64,000 bases of DNA, taken from positions 1,205 to 65,204 of the forward strand of contig JAHCJH010000001.1 in the NCBI GenBank assembly GCA_026126345.1. The letters run 5' to 3'. The stretch is from Phycisphaeraceae bacterium. Lineage in GTDB: Bacteria; Planctomycetota; Phycisphaerae; Phycisphaerales; UBA1924. Shown piece by piece: positions 8,943 to 19,331 of this stretch. The notes under the pieces are model-generated. The model had not been told where the DNA came from. It saw nothing but the letters and a program-made list of their open reading frames with translations, and searched no databases. The position numbers and the translations under genes were made by a program. The first letter of the stretch is position 1. Each line of letters begins with the position of its first letter.

Positions 8943-8999
8943 AGACCTGTCCCGGGGTCGGTCGCCGAGCGGCGCCCGCTCCGGGTCCCGGGAGTCCGC

Positions 9000-10952
9000 A
9001 TGTTCCGATCGCTGCGCAAGAGCAAGCGGTTCACGCAGATCGCGCTGGTCGCGTTCGGCGTGCTGCTGATGGTGTCGTTCCTGATCCCCGAGGTCATCCG
9101 CAACATCGGGGGCGACGGCATGAGCCGACGCGTGTTCGACATCGACGGTCGCAAGGTCACCCAGGCCGAGAGCGCCGGCGCGTACCAGCGGGCCAAGTCG
9201 CTCGAACTCGTCGGTCTTTCGCCCGAGCGGCTGGGGATCGATCCGCGCGGTGAGCACTACTTCCTCCTCTCGGCCGAGGCGCGCCGGGCGGGGCTCATCG
9301 GGCCCGACGCCGACGCGGAGTTCACCTTCGACGAGCTGGCGCAGAACCAGCTGTTCCAGGCGATCAACAGCCGGCAGCTCCCGGCCGATCGCTACGACAC
9401 CGAGGAGAAGGTCAAGGAACTGCTCGCCCGAATCAAGAGCCAGTTGATGGCCCAGGCGTTCATCGAGCGCGGGCAGAGCGGGATACGCGGCGTGACCATC
9501 GCCGCGGCCCTGGCGGAGATCCGCGGCATCACGCGGATGCGGCAGCTCTACCTCACCGCCCCGCGCCTGAGCCAGCAGCGCATGATCACGGATGCGGCCC
9601 GGCTCGGCCGCTCCGCGACGCTGACCGCCGTGGTGATCGAACCCGACCCGGCGAAGCTCGCGTCGCTGCCGGAGCCGAGCGAGACCGACGTCAACGACCT
9701 GTTCCAGAAGTTCAAGGACACGCCGGTCGGCGGCGGGGATTACGGCATCGGCTACAGGATGCCGGACCGGGTCCGCGTTCAGTGGTTCGGCCTGATCAAA
9801 AACACGATGGAGCCGTTCGTGCCTCTCGACCCGGTCGAGGTGCAGAAGCGACTGCTGAATGCGCCGGCGGCCCCCGGGCAGACCGAGGCCCAGCGCCGCT
9901 CGACCGTTGAGCTCAACCTGCGCCGGGAGATCGTGGCCCGGGCCATCCGCGAGGCGGCACAGCTCATCAAGGGTGAGATCCTCAAGGAAGTCACCCGCCT
10001 GCCCGAGGCGGGCGGCTACCGCGTCATCCCCGAGGCGTGGGACCGTCGGCCCGATCTCGTGCGACTGGCGGCGCTCGCCGGGGCGAAGCTCTCCGAGATC
10101 ACCGGAACGACCATCCCGGCCCCGTCGGTGAACGGAGGCGAGGCCTGGCTGACGCGCGATGAGTTGACCAAGATCCTGGGCATCGGCGGCGCGTCGCTTC
10201 GGCGCGGCACCAACCGCATCGCGTTTGCCGATCTGGCGCTGCAGGTGAAAGAACTGGGCAAGGGCGAGCCGGGGATCGGCCTTCAGGTCGGCGTGCCGCT
10301 GGCCGACGCGCTCGAGGACGCGGTGGGCAACCTGTACTACTTCGTCGTCACGGACGTGCGCCACGAGTCCGCCCCCGATTCCATCGCCGAAGTGCGGGCG
10401 CAGGTGGTGACCGACCGCAAGGCCTACGACCTGTTCCAGCGACTCTTGGCCGACTCCGAAGCGTGGACCACGGTCATGTTCGAGAGCGGCCCCGGCGACG
10501 TGCTGACCAGCGCCGCCGGCAAGGGGTACCTTGCCAAGACGGTCGAACGCGTCCGGGTGGACTCGCGCTCGGCTTCCAGCGCCGAACCGCGGCTGAACGA
10601 CCCCAAGTTCGTGGACGAGGTGAGCCGACGGTTGGACACGCTCGACCCGACGGTCGAGTTCTCCAGCGTGAACTCGCCGCAGCGAACGTTCGCGTTCCCG
10701 CTCATGAAGAGCCGGGCGCTGGCGATCGCGCAGATCGTGCATTTCGATCCGCTGACGATCGAGTCTTTCCGCCGCCAGGCCGCCAACGCGTTCGGCGGGC
10801 TCGCCGCTCGGACGCTCGGTGACGAAGGCGACGACGAGGCCACCTTCGCCTTGCCGGCCGTTCGCCAGCGACTCAAGGTCACCGGCCTCAACGCCAACGA
10901 GGAAGAGGGCGCCGATCGGCCCGCCGCCCCGGCCCCGAACCCGAAGAAGTAG
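9000..10952 (+). CDS. PpiD-like membrane-anchored periplasmic chaperone (SurA-N-like domain protein)
   Basis: N-terminal anchor MFRSLRKSKRFTQIALVAFGVLLMVSFLIP is typical of PpiD-type proteins, followed by a long periplasmic region. GGGAG lies upstream of the ATG. The functional assignment is tentative. Confidence 0.75.
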   Translation: MFRSLRKSKRFTQIALVAFGVLLMVSFLIPEVIRNIGGDGMSRRVFDIDGRKVTQAESAGAYQRAKSLELVGLSPERLGIDPRGEHYFLLSAEARRAGLIGPDADAEFTFDELAQNQLFQAINSRQLPADRYDTEEKVKELLARIKSQLMAQAFIERGQSGIRGVTIAAALAEIRGITRMRQLYLTAPRLSQQRMITDAARLGRSATLTAVVIEPDPAKLASLPEPSETDVNDLFQKFKDTPVGGGDYGIGYRMPDRVRVQWFGLIKNTMEPFVPLDPVEVQKRLLNAPAAPGQTEAQRRSTVELNLRREIVARAIREAAQLIKGEILKEVTRLPEAGGYRVIPEAWDRRPDLVRLAALAGAKLSEITGTTIPAPSVNGGEAWLTRDELTKILGIGGASLRRGTNRIAFADLALQVKELGKGEPGIGLQVGVPLADALEDAVGNLYYFVVTDVRHESAPDSIAEVRAQVVTDRKAYDLFQRLLADSEAWTTVMFESGPGDVLTSAAGKGYLAKTVERVRVDSRSASSAEPRLNDPKFVDEVSRRLDTLDPTVEFSSVNSPQRTFAFPLMKSRALAIAQIVHFDPLTIESFRRQAANAFGGLAARTLGDEGDDEATFALPAVRQRLKVTGLNANEEEGADRPAAPAPNPKK

Positions 10953-10962
10953 GCCGCTCCGG

Positions 10963-12672
10963 TCAGACCCGGGCGGTGAGCCACTTGCCGCTTGAGAATC
11001 GCCAGCCGTAGATCAGGGCGCGGATCACGATCTCGGCCGTCAGCCCGATCCAGAGTCCCGGCAATCCGAGGTCGAACGGGAACGGGTTGTCGATCACGCC
11101 GCCGCCGAGCCACTGCGGCAGCGGCACGTCCACGCCGCTGATCGCGTAGGCCAACGGCAGCCGCAGGCCCCACTGGCTGATCCATGTCATCACCATGACC
11201 GCCCGCACGTCGCCGGCCCCGTGCATGGCGCTGCGCAGCACGATCGACAGCGCGAACGGCACCTGCACCAACCCGGTGATGAACAGCAACCTGGGCGTGA
11301 GTTCGCGGTGCGCCGGCTGTTCGCTCAGCAGGTGCATGATGGGCCCGCCGAGGAAGATGAATACCAGCCCCAGCGTGCCCATGATGGCCGCCGCCGCCGC
11401 CGCGCAGATCAGCACCGAGCGACGCGCCTTGGTCGGCGAGCCCGCGCCCAGGTACTGCCCGGCCAGCGCCCCCGCCGCCACGCCCATGGAAAAGCCGGGC
11501 AGGAAGCTGAACGCCTCCACTCGGATTGCCCACAGGTGCGCGCCCTGCATGCCCGAGGAGTCCCCCACCACCGGCGACCCGGCCGCCGCCGCCCGCAGCG
11601 CGGCGTCGCCCATCCAGCCCACCATCAACAGCACGCCGAAGTTCACGACCCACATCCCGAGCGTCTCGAAGAAGTTCGGCAGCCCCAGGCGCACGAGCCG
11701 CCAGATGGTCACCAGGTGAGGCTTCATTCGTGAAAGGGTCAGGCGCACGCCCGACGCGCCGCGGGCGTGGAACCAGAGAATGAGCCCCGCGCCGATCGCG
11801 TGGGCCGTCGCCGTGCCGAAGCCGATCCCGCGCACGCCCAGACCCGCGACGCGGACCAGCGTGTACGCGGCGCAGAAGTTCACCAGATTCACCACCACCA
11901 TCGTCCACAGCGGCCGAAGCGTGTCGCCCGCACCGCGGGCGCAGGCCGTGCAGGCGAAGAGGATCGTGGAGAATGGCGCCCCGATGCAGTACGCCCAGAG
12001 GAACGCCCGGAAGTCCCGCGCCGCCTCGCCGTGCAGGCTCGTCAGGTCGGCCATCGGCGCCGCCAGCGCCGCCATGAGCACCCCGACAAGCACGCCGCCG
12101 ATGCTGGCCAGCAGCACCGCCTGGCCCAGCGCCGCCTTGGCGACCGCCATCTTGCCGGCGCCGATCGACCGGCTGACCAGCGCCGTGGCGCCCACGCCGA
12201 TCGCCATCGTGATCAGGCCAACGAACCACTGGATGTACGCCGCGGCACCGACCGCGTCGGTCGCCGCCTGGCTGATGTGAGCCGCCAGCCAGGTGTCCAC
12301 CAGACCGACGGTCGAGTTGAGCATCGACTCGCACAGGATGGGCCACGCCAGCGTGAAGATGGCGGCCCCCATCGAAAGGCCGGCGAGTCGCCCGGAGCGA
12401 ATCTCCCCGTCGCGAACGGGAGCGACCGTCGGCTCGTGCGGAACGTGCGGCCGTCCGGCGTGGTCGACCAGTTCGACCGGCGCAGCACTGACCGGCTCTT
12501 CCTCCGAAACGTCCAGTGCCATCGGGTCGATCACCGCCGGGCCGATCGGCCTGGTGGGCGGGCGTCGAAGAGGGTGCGGGTTCGGGTGCGGCGCGACGGG
12601 CGCAGTACCCGGGCGCGCCGGATCGGGCGCGGCCGCGCCGCCTGAGTCGGGGTTGCTCGGAGTGCTGGACAT
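10963..12672 (-). CDS. MATE family efflux transporter with a Pro-rich N-terminal extension
   Basis: Twelve-TM-like hydrophobic profile with MATE-like segments (LAWPILCESMLNSTVGLVDTWLAAHIS, ALVSRSIGAGK). ATG at 12672 lies just downstream of the neighbouring gene stop at 12692; the track start at 12741 would overlap that gene. Confidence 0.88.
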   Translation of the reverse strand: MSSTPSNPDSGGAAAPDPARPGTAPVAPHPNPHPLRRPPTRPIGPAVIDPMALDVSEEEPVSAAPVELVDHAGRPHVPHEPTVAPVRDGEIRSGRLAGLSMGAAIFTLAWPILCESMLNSTVGLVDTWLAAHISQAATDAVGAAAYIQWFVGLITMAIGVGATALVSRSIGAGKMAVAKAALGQAVLLASIGGVLVGVLMAALAAPMADLTSLHGEAARDFRAFLWAYCIGAPFSTILFACTACARGAGDTLRPLWTMVVVNLVNFCAAYTLVRVAGLGVRGIGFGTATAHAIGAGLILWFHARGASGVRLTLSRMKPHLVTIWRLVRLGLPNFFETLGMWVVNFGVLLMVGWMGDAALRAAAAGSPVVGDSSGMQGAHLWAIRVEAFSFLPGFSMGVAAGALAGQYLGAGSPTKARRSVLICAAAAAAIMGTLGLVFIFLGGPIMHLLSEQPAHRELTPRLLFITGLVQVPFALSIVLRSAMHGAGDVRAVMVMTWISQWGLRLPLAYAISGVDVPLPQWLGGGVIDNPFPFDLGLPGLWIGLTAEIVIRALIYGWRFSSGKWLTARV

Positions 12673-12691
12673 GGCTTCGACGCCCGTCGGA

Positions 12692-13897
12692 TCAGCGGCC
12701 GGCGACCTGTCGCTCGATCGCCGGCGGATTCTCGTACCCAAGGCCGAAGACCGTCTGGTTGAACTCGGCGAGCGACACTTCTTCCTGGCGAATGAACCCG
12801 GTCTTGCGGATCTTGCCCAGCCTGTGAAGATCGACCATGGCGCACACCCCGGCGGCGGTGGTCAATTCAATCGCGGGCCAGACGCGCCCGAACAGTTCCA
12901 CCGCCCGGACCGCGCGCATGAACGAGGCCTGCTCGCGCCGGCCGTGCCGCAGGCCGATGCAGTTCACGAAGATCACCACCGTGTCCTGCAGCGTCCGCGG
13001 GATCGCGTTCTCGAGCATGTCCACGGCCAGGGATCGGTCGAACTTCGTGCCGGACCGGGTCGGCGCCGCGTGCTCGACGCCCAGCCGCAGGTCCTGCAGC
13101 AGGAACTTCATCAGGGCGCAGTGCCCGGGGTACCGGATCGTCTTGTACGCGATGCGGCTGTCCGGCGCGGTCTTGCGGTCGCCGGTCAGCGTCTCGATGA
13201 GCGTGCCCACGCCGCCGGAGGTGTAGAACGCCTCGTACTCCACGCCCTCGAGCGAGAACGTCTCCAGCCCTTCGAGCGCGGGCACCTTGACCATCTGCCC
13301 GTCGAGCATCACGTTGCACGGCTCGCAGTACTCGTTCACCACGCCCGCCGTCGACCACGTCACGTTGTACCGCAGCGCGTTGGTGGGGAACTGCGGCAGC
13401 GCCCCCACGCGCAGCGTGAGGTCCTGCACGACGTCGAACGTCCGGGCGACGTCGTACGCCGCGATCGCGATGTACCCCGGCGCCAGGCCGCACTGAGGCA
13501 CCAGCGCGACCTTCGCCCGCCCCTGGCGGTCGATCTGCCGCACCCGGTCGGTCGTCTCGACATCCTCGGTCACGTCAAAGTAGTGCACGCCGGCGTCGTT
13601 GGCCGCCTCGGCGATGCCCGCGACGAAGTTGAACGGCAGCATGCAGATCACGTAATCGTGGCCCTGCAGGCACCGGCGCACCGCCGCCTGATCCGAAACG
13701 TCCAGCGTCCGGGCGGCGTACTCAACCTTGAACGGTGCGCGCGACTTCAGGCGATCGAGGTTCGCCCTGGCTTCGGCCAGCGTCCCCTCGTCGCGATCGG
13801 CCAGGGTTACCGTGTAGGCCCCCCGTCCACCCGCCAGGATCAACTCCGCCACCGATTTGCCGACCTTGCCCGCTCCGAGAACCAGAACCTTGGACAT
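12692..13897 (-). CDS. Saccharopine dehydrogenase family oxidoreductase
   Basis: Rossmann motif MSKVLVLGAGKVGKSV, then QCGLAPGYI and YTSGGVGTL. GGAGG lies 8 nt upstream of the ATG at 13897. Confidence 0.88.
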   Translation of the reverse strand: MSKVLVLGAGKVGKSVAELILAGGRGAYTVTLADRDEGTLAEARANLDRLKSRAPFKVEYAARTLDVSDQAAVRRCLQGHDYVICMLPFNFVAGIAEAANDAGVHYFDVTEDVETTDRVRQIDRQGRAKVALVPQCGLAPGYIAIAAYDVARTFDVVQDLTLRVGALPQFPTNALRYNVTWSTAGVVNEYCEPCNVMLDGQMVKVPALEGLETFSLEGVEYEAFYTSGGVGTLIETLTGDRKTAPDSRIAYKTIRYPGHCALMKFLLQDLRLGVEHAAPTRSGTKFDRSLAVDMLENAIPRTLQDTVVIFVNCIGLRHGRREQASFMRAVRAVELFGRVWPAIELTTAAGVCAMVDLHRLGKIRKTGFIRQEEVSLAEFNQTVFGLGYENPPAIERQVAGR

Positions 13898-14104
13898 GTG
13901 CAGAACCTCCGTGCCTGTCCGGGGAACGCTGGGTCGACCGGCGGGCCACATTGCTCGATGTTGAAGGGGCGGAGTTTAGGCCGCGACCGGCCCCGTTCGG
14001 CCGTCGTGGCGGTCCGACCTGCCGCCGGAGCCGCAACCGCGCCGGCGCGGGGCCGAATCGAGAAGGGCGGTATGCTGGCGCACCGGGAGGTCTCGGGGAA
14101 CCCC

Positions 14105-15547
14105 ATGCGACGAGCCCGAACCATCTTCAGCGCGTTGGCCCTCGCGGCGGTCGCGATGGCCCAGTCGCCCGCGATGGCCCAGCGGGGCCGCACCACCCCG
14201 GTTTCGATCAGCGACGTGGACCGAATGGCCGTGCTGCTGTCCATGACCCCCGATCAGAAGGCCGCGGCCGAGCACCTCCGCGCGGGCTACGAGCAGGCTC
14301 GGCAGGAACGGGAACAGACGACCCGGGAGCGCCGAGACAGGCTCCGCGCCGAATTCCGCGAAACGCGAGCCGAGCGCGCGATGGAGGAAATCGAGACGAT
14401 CGAGCGCCGCGCGGCGGAGGCCGACCGCAAGGCCGTGGAGCACCTGATGGCGGGCATCAAGGCGCTGCTCACGCCCGAGCAGGAAGGCCGATGGGGAGCC
14501 GTCGAGCGCCTGCACCGGCGCGACGAGTTCGAGCGCTCGGGACTCGACGGGCCGTTCGGCGGCGGCTGGCCCAAGATGGACCTGCTCCGAATCATCGACG
14601 ATTTGCGTCCCGCCCCAGAACATCGCGCCGCCATCGCCGACACGCTCGAAGCCTACGAGCTCGACTTGGACCGTCCGGTTTCGGCCCTGCTGCGGTTGAA
14701 GGATGAGGTGGACCGCAAGCAGCGCGAATTCCAGGCCGCGGTGCAGGAGAAAGATGTCGCCGTCGTCGGCCCGGTGTTCGAGCAGTTGCTTTCGCTGGTC
14801 AACCGGCTTCGCACGTTGAACCAGAACTACGCGCGCCGCATCGCGCTGCAATTGCCGGAGGCGGAGGCCGAACGGCTCCGCGCTCGCCTGCGGACCATCG
14901 CCTACCCCGCGATCGAGCGGCTGGTCGCTTCCAGCGACGCCGACAACGCGCTCGCCGCCGCCGAGCGTTTCAAGGATCTGGACGAGCCGCAAGCCATGGC
15001 ACTGGCGGACCTGCGCGACCGCTTCCGGCGCGACATGGCCGCGTGGCGCACGCAGGCCGAGGAGGAATTCGACCGGCGCGAGGCCGCTGTGACGTTGGAC
15101 ATGGTCTTCAACAACGAGATCGGCCGCCTGCGCGGCACGCCGGTCTCCGAAGCGCTGGAGGTTCGCCGTGCCGAGATCGAGCGGCGGACGCTCCGGTCGC
15201 TGCGTGCCTTGCTCACCGACGCCCAGCGGGCCAAGCTGCCGCGCATTGCAACCCCGGTGCGGCCGTCGGCGCCGCGGCCGCCGGCGCCGCCCGGACAGGA
15301 TCCAGGGCCCGAACCGATGCCCGACCCGGAGCCGGATCCCGATCCGGACGACCCGGAGCCGGAACCGGCCATGCCGCCGCCGGGCATGGCCCCGCCGGCG
15401 ATGCCCCCACCCGAGCCGCCGGAGCCCGGCCAGAACCCGCCCATGCAGCCGCCCTTGCCGCCCCCTGGGTCGCCTCCGGGCGGACCTCCGAACGAACCGC
15501 CCACGGAACCGCCGGACCCGGGCGCACCGCCGACCGAGCTGTGGTGA
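14105..15547 (+). CDS. Periplasmic Spy/CpxP-like (LTxxQ repeat) protein with a Pro/Met-rich C-terminal tail
   Basis: Signal peptide MRRARTIFSALALAAVAMAQSPAMAQ. Repeated MTPDQ / LTPEQ / LTDAQ motifs sit in helical Arg/Glu-rich sequence. The last ~100 aa are Pro-rich. Only this 3' part of track ORF 12293..15547 looks coding. Confidence 0.75.
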   Translation: MRRARTIFSALALAAVAMAQSPAMAQRGRTTPVSISDVDRMAVLLSMTPDQKAAAEHLRAGYEQARQEREQTTRERRDRLRAEFRETRAERAMEEIETIERRAAEADRKAVEHLMAGIKALLTPEQEGRWGAVERLHRRDEFERSGLDGPFGGGWPKMDLLRIIDDLRPAPEHRAAIADTLEAYELDLDRPVSALLRLKDEVDRKQREFQAAVQEKDVAVVGPVFEQLLSLVNRLRTLNQNYARRIALQLPEAEAERLRARLRTIAYPAIERLVASSDADNALAAAERFKDLDEPQAMALADLRDRFRRDMAAWRTQAEEEFDRREAAVTLDMVFNNEIGRLRGTPVSEALEVRRAEIERRTLRSLRALLTDAQRAKLPRIATPVRPSAPRPPAPPGQDPGPEPMPDPEPDPDPDDPEPEPAMPPPGMAPPAMPPPEPPEPGQNPPMQPPLPPPGSPPGGPPNEPPTEPPDPGAPPTELW

Positions 15548-15602
15548 GCGGGGCGTACGCCGCGGACCCAATCCTGTCGTTCGCACTTCGAACGGCCGGC
15601 TC

Positions 15603-16997
15603 TCAGTGGGCGCCCAGGTGCGCCGATCCTTCGACCGGTCGATCCTCGAGCGCCAGTGGACTGCTCGGACGCGTTGACACGCGTTCGTCGGGCAGCGGGC
15701 TGAACCGTGAACCCGCCAGAGGGATCTTGCGGCTGCTGGTCGAGCGCGGCAGCAGCGGCTGCACCGCCAGCAGCAGCAGCGCGACGCCCACGTTCACAGC
15801 CAGCATCACCGGGAGCGTCGCCGCCTTGTAGAACACCACGAACGCGTTGGCCACCACCAGCACCAGCGACAGCGGGATCACCGCCTGCCAGCCCACCTGC
15901 ATGACCTGGTCGTACCGCAGGCGGGGCAACGTCCACCGCACCACCATCATGAAGCAGATCAGCGCCACCGTCTTGCCGAACAGCACGGCGAACTTGGCCA
16001 GCACCGCCCAGACGCTCACGTCCTCGGGCCGCAGCAGGGGCACGTCCACGAACGGCAGCAGCGTCCAGCCGCCCAGGAACACCGTCGCGAAGATCGCGCT
16101 GCTGGTGGCCATGTGCGTGTACTCGGCCAGGAAGAACAGGCCGAACGACATACTGGAGTACTCGGTGTGGTAGCCGCCGACCAGCTCGCTCTCGCACTCG
16201 GCGTTATCGAACGGCAGCCGGTTGCACTCGGCCAGGATGCAGATGAAGAAGATCACGGCCACCAGCGGCTGGGCCAGGATGAGCCACCCGTGGGTGTGCT
16301 GCCAGTCGATGATCTTCCCGGGCAGCAGCGTGCCGGTGACCAGCAGCACGCAGAGGATCGACAGGCCCATGGGGATCTCGTACGAGAGCATCTGGCTCGA
16401 GGCCCGCAGCCCGCCCAGGAACGAGAACTTGTTGTTGCTCGCCCACGAGCCAAGGGCCACGCCGTAGATCCCCAGCGACGCCACCGCCAGCAGGTACACC
16501 AGTCCGATGTTGATGTTCGCCCCGGCCACCAGCACGTCCTGGGCCGGGATCGTCCAGTTCAAGAGCGGCATCGTGAACTCGGGCACGTGCAGCGTGCCGC
16601 CCCAGGGCACGATCGCAAAGCCGATCAGCGCCGGCACCACGATGATCCCGGGGGCCATGCGGAAGAGGACCTTGTCGGCCCCCTGCGGCATGTAGTCCTC
16701 CTTGAGCATCATCTTGACGCCGTCGGCCAGGCTCTGGCCCAGTCCGAAGAAACCCCACCCCCGCGTCAGCTTCTTCAGCAGCGGGAGCCCCAGGTCAAAG
16801 CCGACCCGGTTCGGGCCCACACGGTCCTGCATCCACGCGGAGATCTTCCGCTCCAGGTAGATGCTGATCCCCGCCATCACCAGCAGCACGTGGACGACCA
16901 CCAGGATCGTCACCACCGAGACGAGGAACTGCGCAGTCAGGAACTCCGGCCTTGGCATGGGCCGAGTGTACGCCCCGGCAACCCGCCGTGCGACCAT
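15603..16997 (-). CDS. nuoH: NADH-quinone oxidoreductase subunit H
   Basis: [35 protein letters not shown] and [26 protein letters not shown] are NuoH/ND1 signatures. ATG at 16958 is an alternative start. There is a ~50-aa C-terminal extension. Confidence 0.93.
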   Translation of the reverse strand: MVARRVAGAYTRPMPRPEFLTAQFLVSVVTILVVVHVLLVMAGISIYLERKISAWMQDRVGPNRVGFDLGLPLLKKLTRGWGFFGLGQSLADGVKMMLKEDYMPQGADKVLFRMAPGIIVVPALIGFAIVPWGGTLHVPEFTMPLLNWTIPAQDVLVAGANINIGLVYLLAVASLGIYGVALGSWASNNKFSFLGGLRASSQMLSYEIPMGLSILCVLLVTGTLLPGKIIDWQHTHGWLILAQPLVAVIFFICILAECNRLPFDNAECESELVGGYHTEYSSMSFGLFFLAEYTHMATSSAIFATVFLGGWTLLPFVDVPLLRPEDVSVWAVLAKFAVLFGKTVALICFMMVVRWTLPRLRYDQVMQVGWQAVIPLSLVLVVANAFVVFYKAATLPVMLAVNVGVALLLLAVQPLLPRSTSSRKIPLAGSRFSPLPDERVSTRPSSPLALEDRPVEGSAHLGAH

Positions 16998-17014
16998 TCA
17001 CCGAACGTTCCGGC

Positions 17015-17719
17015 TCACGCGCCCGAAAGCCGCCCATCCACCAGCCGAACCGTGCGGTCAGCCCGCGCCGCCACCTCGGCGTCGTGGGTCACCAGAACGA
17101 TCGTTCGTCCGGTCTGCCCCCGCTGGGTGACCAGGGCCTCGAGGATCCCAAGCCCCGACGCCCGGTCGAGGTTGCCCGTCGGCTCGTCGGCCAGCAGCAG
17201 CGGCGGGTCGTTCATCAACGCCCGGGCGATCGCCACCCGCTGACGCTCGCCGCCCGACAATTCGGCCGGCCGGTGACGCAGCCGGTGCGACAGCCCCACC
17301 AACCCCAGCAGCTCTTCGGCCCGGGCCGTCACCACGCCCCGCTGCCGCAGGTAGCCGACCCGGCCCAGTCGGATCATCGCGGCGATCGCCACGTTCTGCA
17401 GCACCGTCAACTCCGGCAGAAGGTGGTAGAACTGGAACACAAAGCCGACGCTCCGGGAGCGGTAGCGGTCGATGCCCGCCGCCGAGAGCGAGCCGAGCGA
17501 CCGCCCGTCGAAGGTCACGTCCCCGCCCGTGCCGCGGTCCGGACGGTCCAGGCCCCCGAGCAGGTGCAGGAGCGTGCTCTTGCCCGAGCCCGAAGCCCCC
17601 ACGATTGCGATGAACTCTCCCGCCCGCACGTCCAGGCTCACCCCGCGCAGCACCGGAACGTCAACCCGCCCCAGTCGGTACGTCTTCTGCAGATTGGTTG
17701 CCGACAGCAACGCCGTCAT
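17015..17719 (-). CDS. lolD: ABC transporter ATP-binding protein, LolD-like
   Basis: Walker A GASGSGKST, signature LSGGERQRVAIARAL and Walker B LLLADEPTGNLD. ATG at 17719 is 10 nt after the upstream permease stop. Confidence 0.9.
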   Translation of the reverse strand: MTALLSATNLQKTYRLGRVDVPVLRGVSLDVRAGEFIAIVGASGSGKSTLLHLLGGLDRPDRGTGGDVTFDGRSLGSLSAAGIDRYRSRSVGFVFQFYHLLPELTVLQNVAIAAMIRLGRVGYLRQRGVVTARAEELLGLVGLSHRLRHRPAELSGGERQRVAIARALMNDPPLLLADEPTGNLDRASGLGILEALVTQRGQTGRTIVLVTHDAEVAARADRTVRLVDGRLSGA

Positions 17720-17729
17720 GGTGTGTCGC

Positions 17730-19304
17730 TCACTCGAACCGCAACGCCCGAACCGGGTCCATCCACGCCGCCCGCAGCGCGGGCACGAGCGCTCCGACCA
17801 GGCTGAACCCGACCGACCCCAGGAACACCTTGGCCGCGTTGGCGGGATCAACCTTGCGCGGGATCTCGGTGAAGTAGTACACGGCAGGATTCCAGATCTG
17901 CACGCCGAACGCCCGCCCCAGCCACTCGTGGATCTCGTTGATGTTGGTGGCGACGGTGTACGCCAGGCCGACGCCCAACAACCCGCCGATCACCCCGATG
18001 AGCAGCCCGTACCGCAGCCACACCCACCCGACGCCGGCGCGGCTGGCGCCGATCGCCCTCAGGATGCCGATGTCGCGCGTCTTCTCGCTGATCATGGCCC
18101 AGAAGATCGCCAGGATCAGGATCGACGCCACCAGCGAAATGAACGACAGCAGCGTCACCACCACGCCCGTTTCGTTCCGCACCGCCCCCACGAACTGCGC
18201 CTGGCTCATCTCCCAGGTCTGGATCAGTCGCGGCGGAAATCGCTCGTTGCCCCGCATGGCGGCGTACGACGGCACGATGCCGCGGTGCGCATCGGCGAAC
18301 TCGCGGTAGACCGCCAGGCAGGTGTTCAGCAGCGCGTCGGGGGCGACCCCCGGCTGGCCCTTGACCACCACGCTGGTCACGCGCGCGGGGCTGCGCCCGG
18401 TGGTCGGCACGGGCGCGAAGCCGTCGGGCCCGGGCGGCTCGTACGGGTTGAACTCGGCCGCCACCGCGTCCGACTCGTCCATCTTCAGCAGTTTCTGCAG
18501 CACGTCGATCGGCATCAGCATCGACCGCTTGTCGATCTCGAAGACGTCGGTGCGGAACTCGTTGGCGACCGGCAGCGTCTTGCTGACCAGCGCCACGTCG
18601 CGCCCCTTGGAATCCAGCGGCAGCACGCGCACGGTGACCGAACGGTCGGGCATGAATCCGCCGACCCAATCGATCGAGCCGTCGGCGTTGGGCTTTCCGA
18701 ACGACTCCTTGCGGAACTCGTACCACGCCCCCGGCTGCCGTCGCGACAGCCCGCTCACTTCGATCCCCGGCACCGCCGCCGGCACCGGCTTGCCGGTCAC
18801 CGGGTCCGGTCGGGACATGCTCAGCCCGTCGCGCAACGCCGCCTCCATCCGCGCCCGCCATTGCGGGTCCAGGCGGGGGTCCTCCGCCGCGCGGTCTTTC
18901 GGCACCGGCGCGTCGATCGGCTTCCAGTACAGCACGCCCCGCCAATCGACCACCCGCGCGTACCGCACCGGGTCGATGCCCCGGATGGTGATCGGAACCA
19001 CCTGATCGTCCGGCAGCGTGATGACACCCATCGTCTGGATGAGCGGCGCGGCGGCGGCGACGTGGTCGTTCCTGGCCTCCAGCCGGCGGATGAGATCGTC
19101 GGAATGGGCGAAACCGACGGTCGGCCAGGTGATGGTCACGTCGCCGGTGAAAACGCGCCCCGAGGCGAGCAGCTTGTCGAGAAAGCCCCCCATCACCGAC
19201 CAGGCCACCAGGACCATGGCCGTGCAGACGGTCACGGCCAGCACCGCGACGTACGGCATGAGCTTCGTCGAGAGGTAGCGGCGCGTCAGCAGCGAGGCGT
19301 ACAC
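17730..19304 (-). CDS. lolE: Lipoprotein-releasing / MacB-FtsX family ABC permease (LolC/E-like)
   Basis: GTG start. N-terminal LLTRRYLSTKLMPYVAVLAV. C-terminal FtsX domain (EKTRDIGILRAIGASR ... LVPALRAAWMDPVRALRFE). Confidence 0.87.
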   Translation of the reverse strand: MYASLLTRRYLSTKLMPYVAVLAVTVCTAMVLVAWSVMGGFLDKLLASGRVFTGDVTITWPTVGFAHSDDLIRRLEARNDHVAAAAPLIQTMGVITLPDDQVVPITIRGIDPVRYARVVDWRGVLYWKPIDAPVPKDRAAEDPRLDPQWRARMEAALRDGLSMSRPDPVTGKPVPAAVPGIEVSGLSRRQPGAWYEFRKESFGKPNADGSIDWVGGFMPDRSVTVRVLPLDSKGRDVALVSKTLPVANEFRTDVFEIDKRSMLMPIDVLQKLLKMDESDAVAAEFNPYEPPGPDGFAPVPTTGRSPARVTSVVVKGQPGVAPDALLNTCLAVYREFADAHRGIVPSYAAMRGNERFPPRLIQTWEMSQAQFVGAVRNETGVVVTLLSFISLVASILILAIFWAMISEKTRDIGILRAIGASRAGVGWVWLRYGLLIGVIGGLLGVGLAYTVATNINEIHEWLGRAFGVQIWNPAVYYFTEIPRKVDPANAAKVFLGSVGFSLVGALVPALRAAWMDPVRALRFE

Positions 19305-19331
19305 GGGGCGGAGTGTACGCGCCGGGGGCGC

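Noticed and set aside
12293-15547. 1084-aa plus-strand ORF
   Set aside because: Only the last ~480 codons (from ATG 14105, with a signal peptide) look like a real protein. The upstream part is antisense to the MATE and saccharopine dehydrogenase genes and is merely stop-free.
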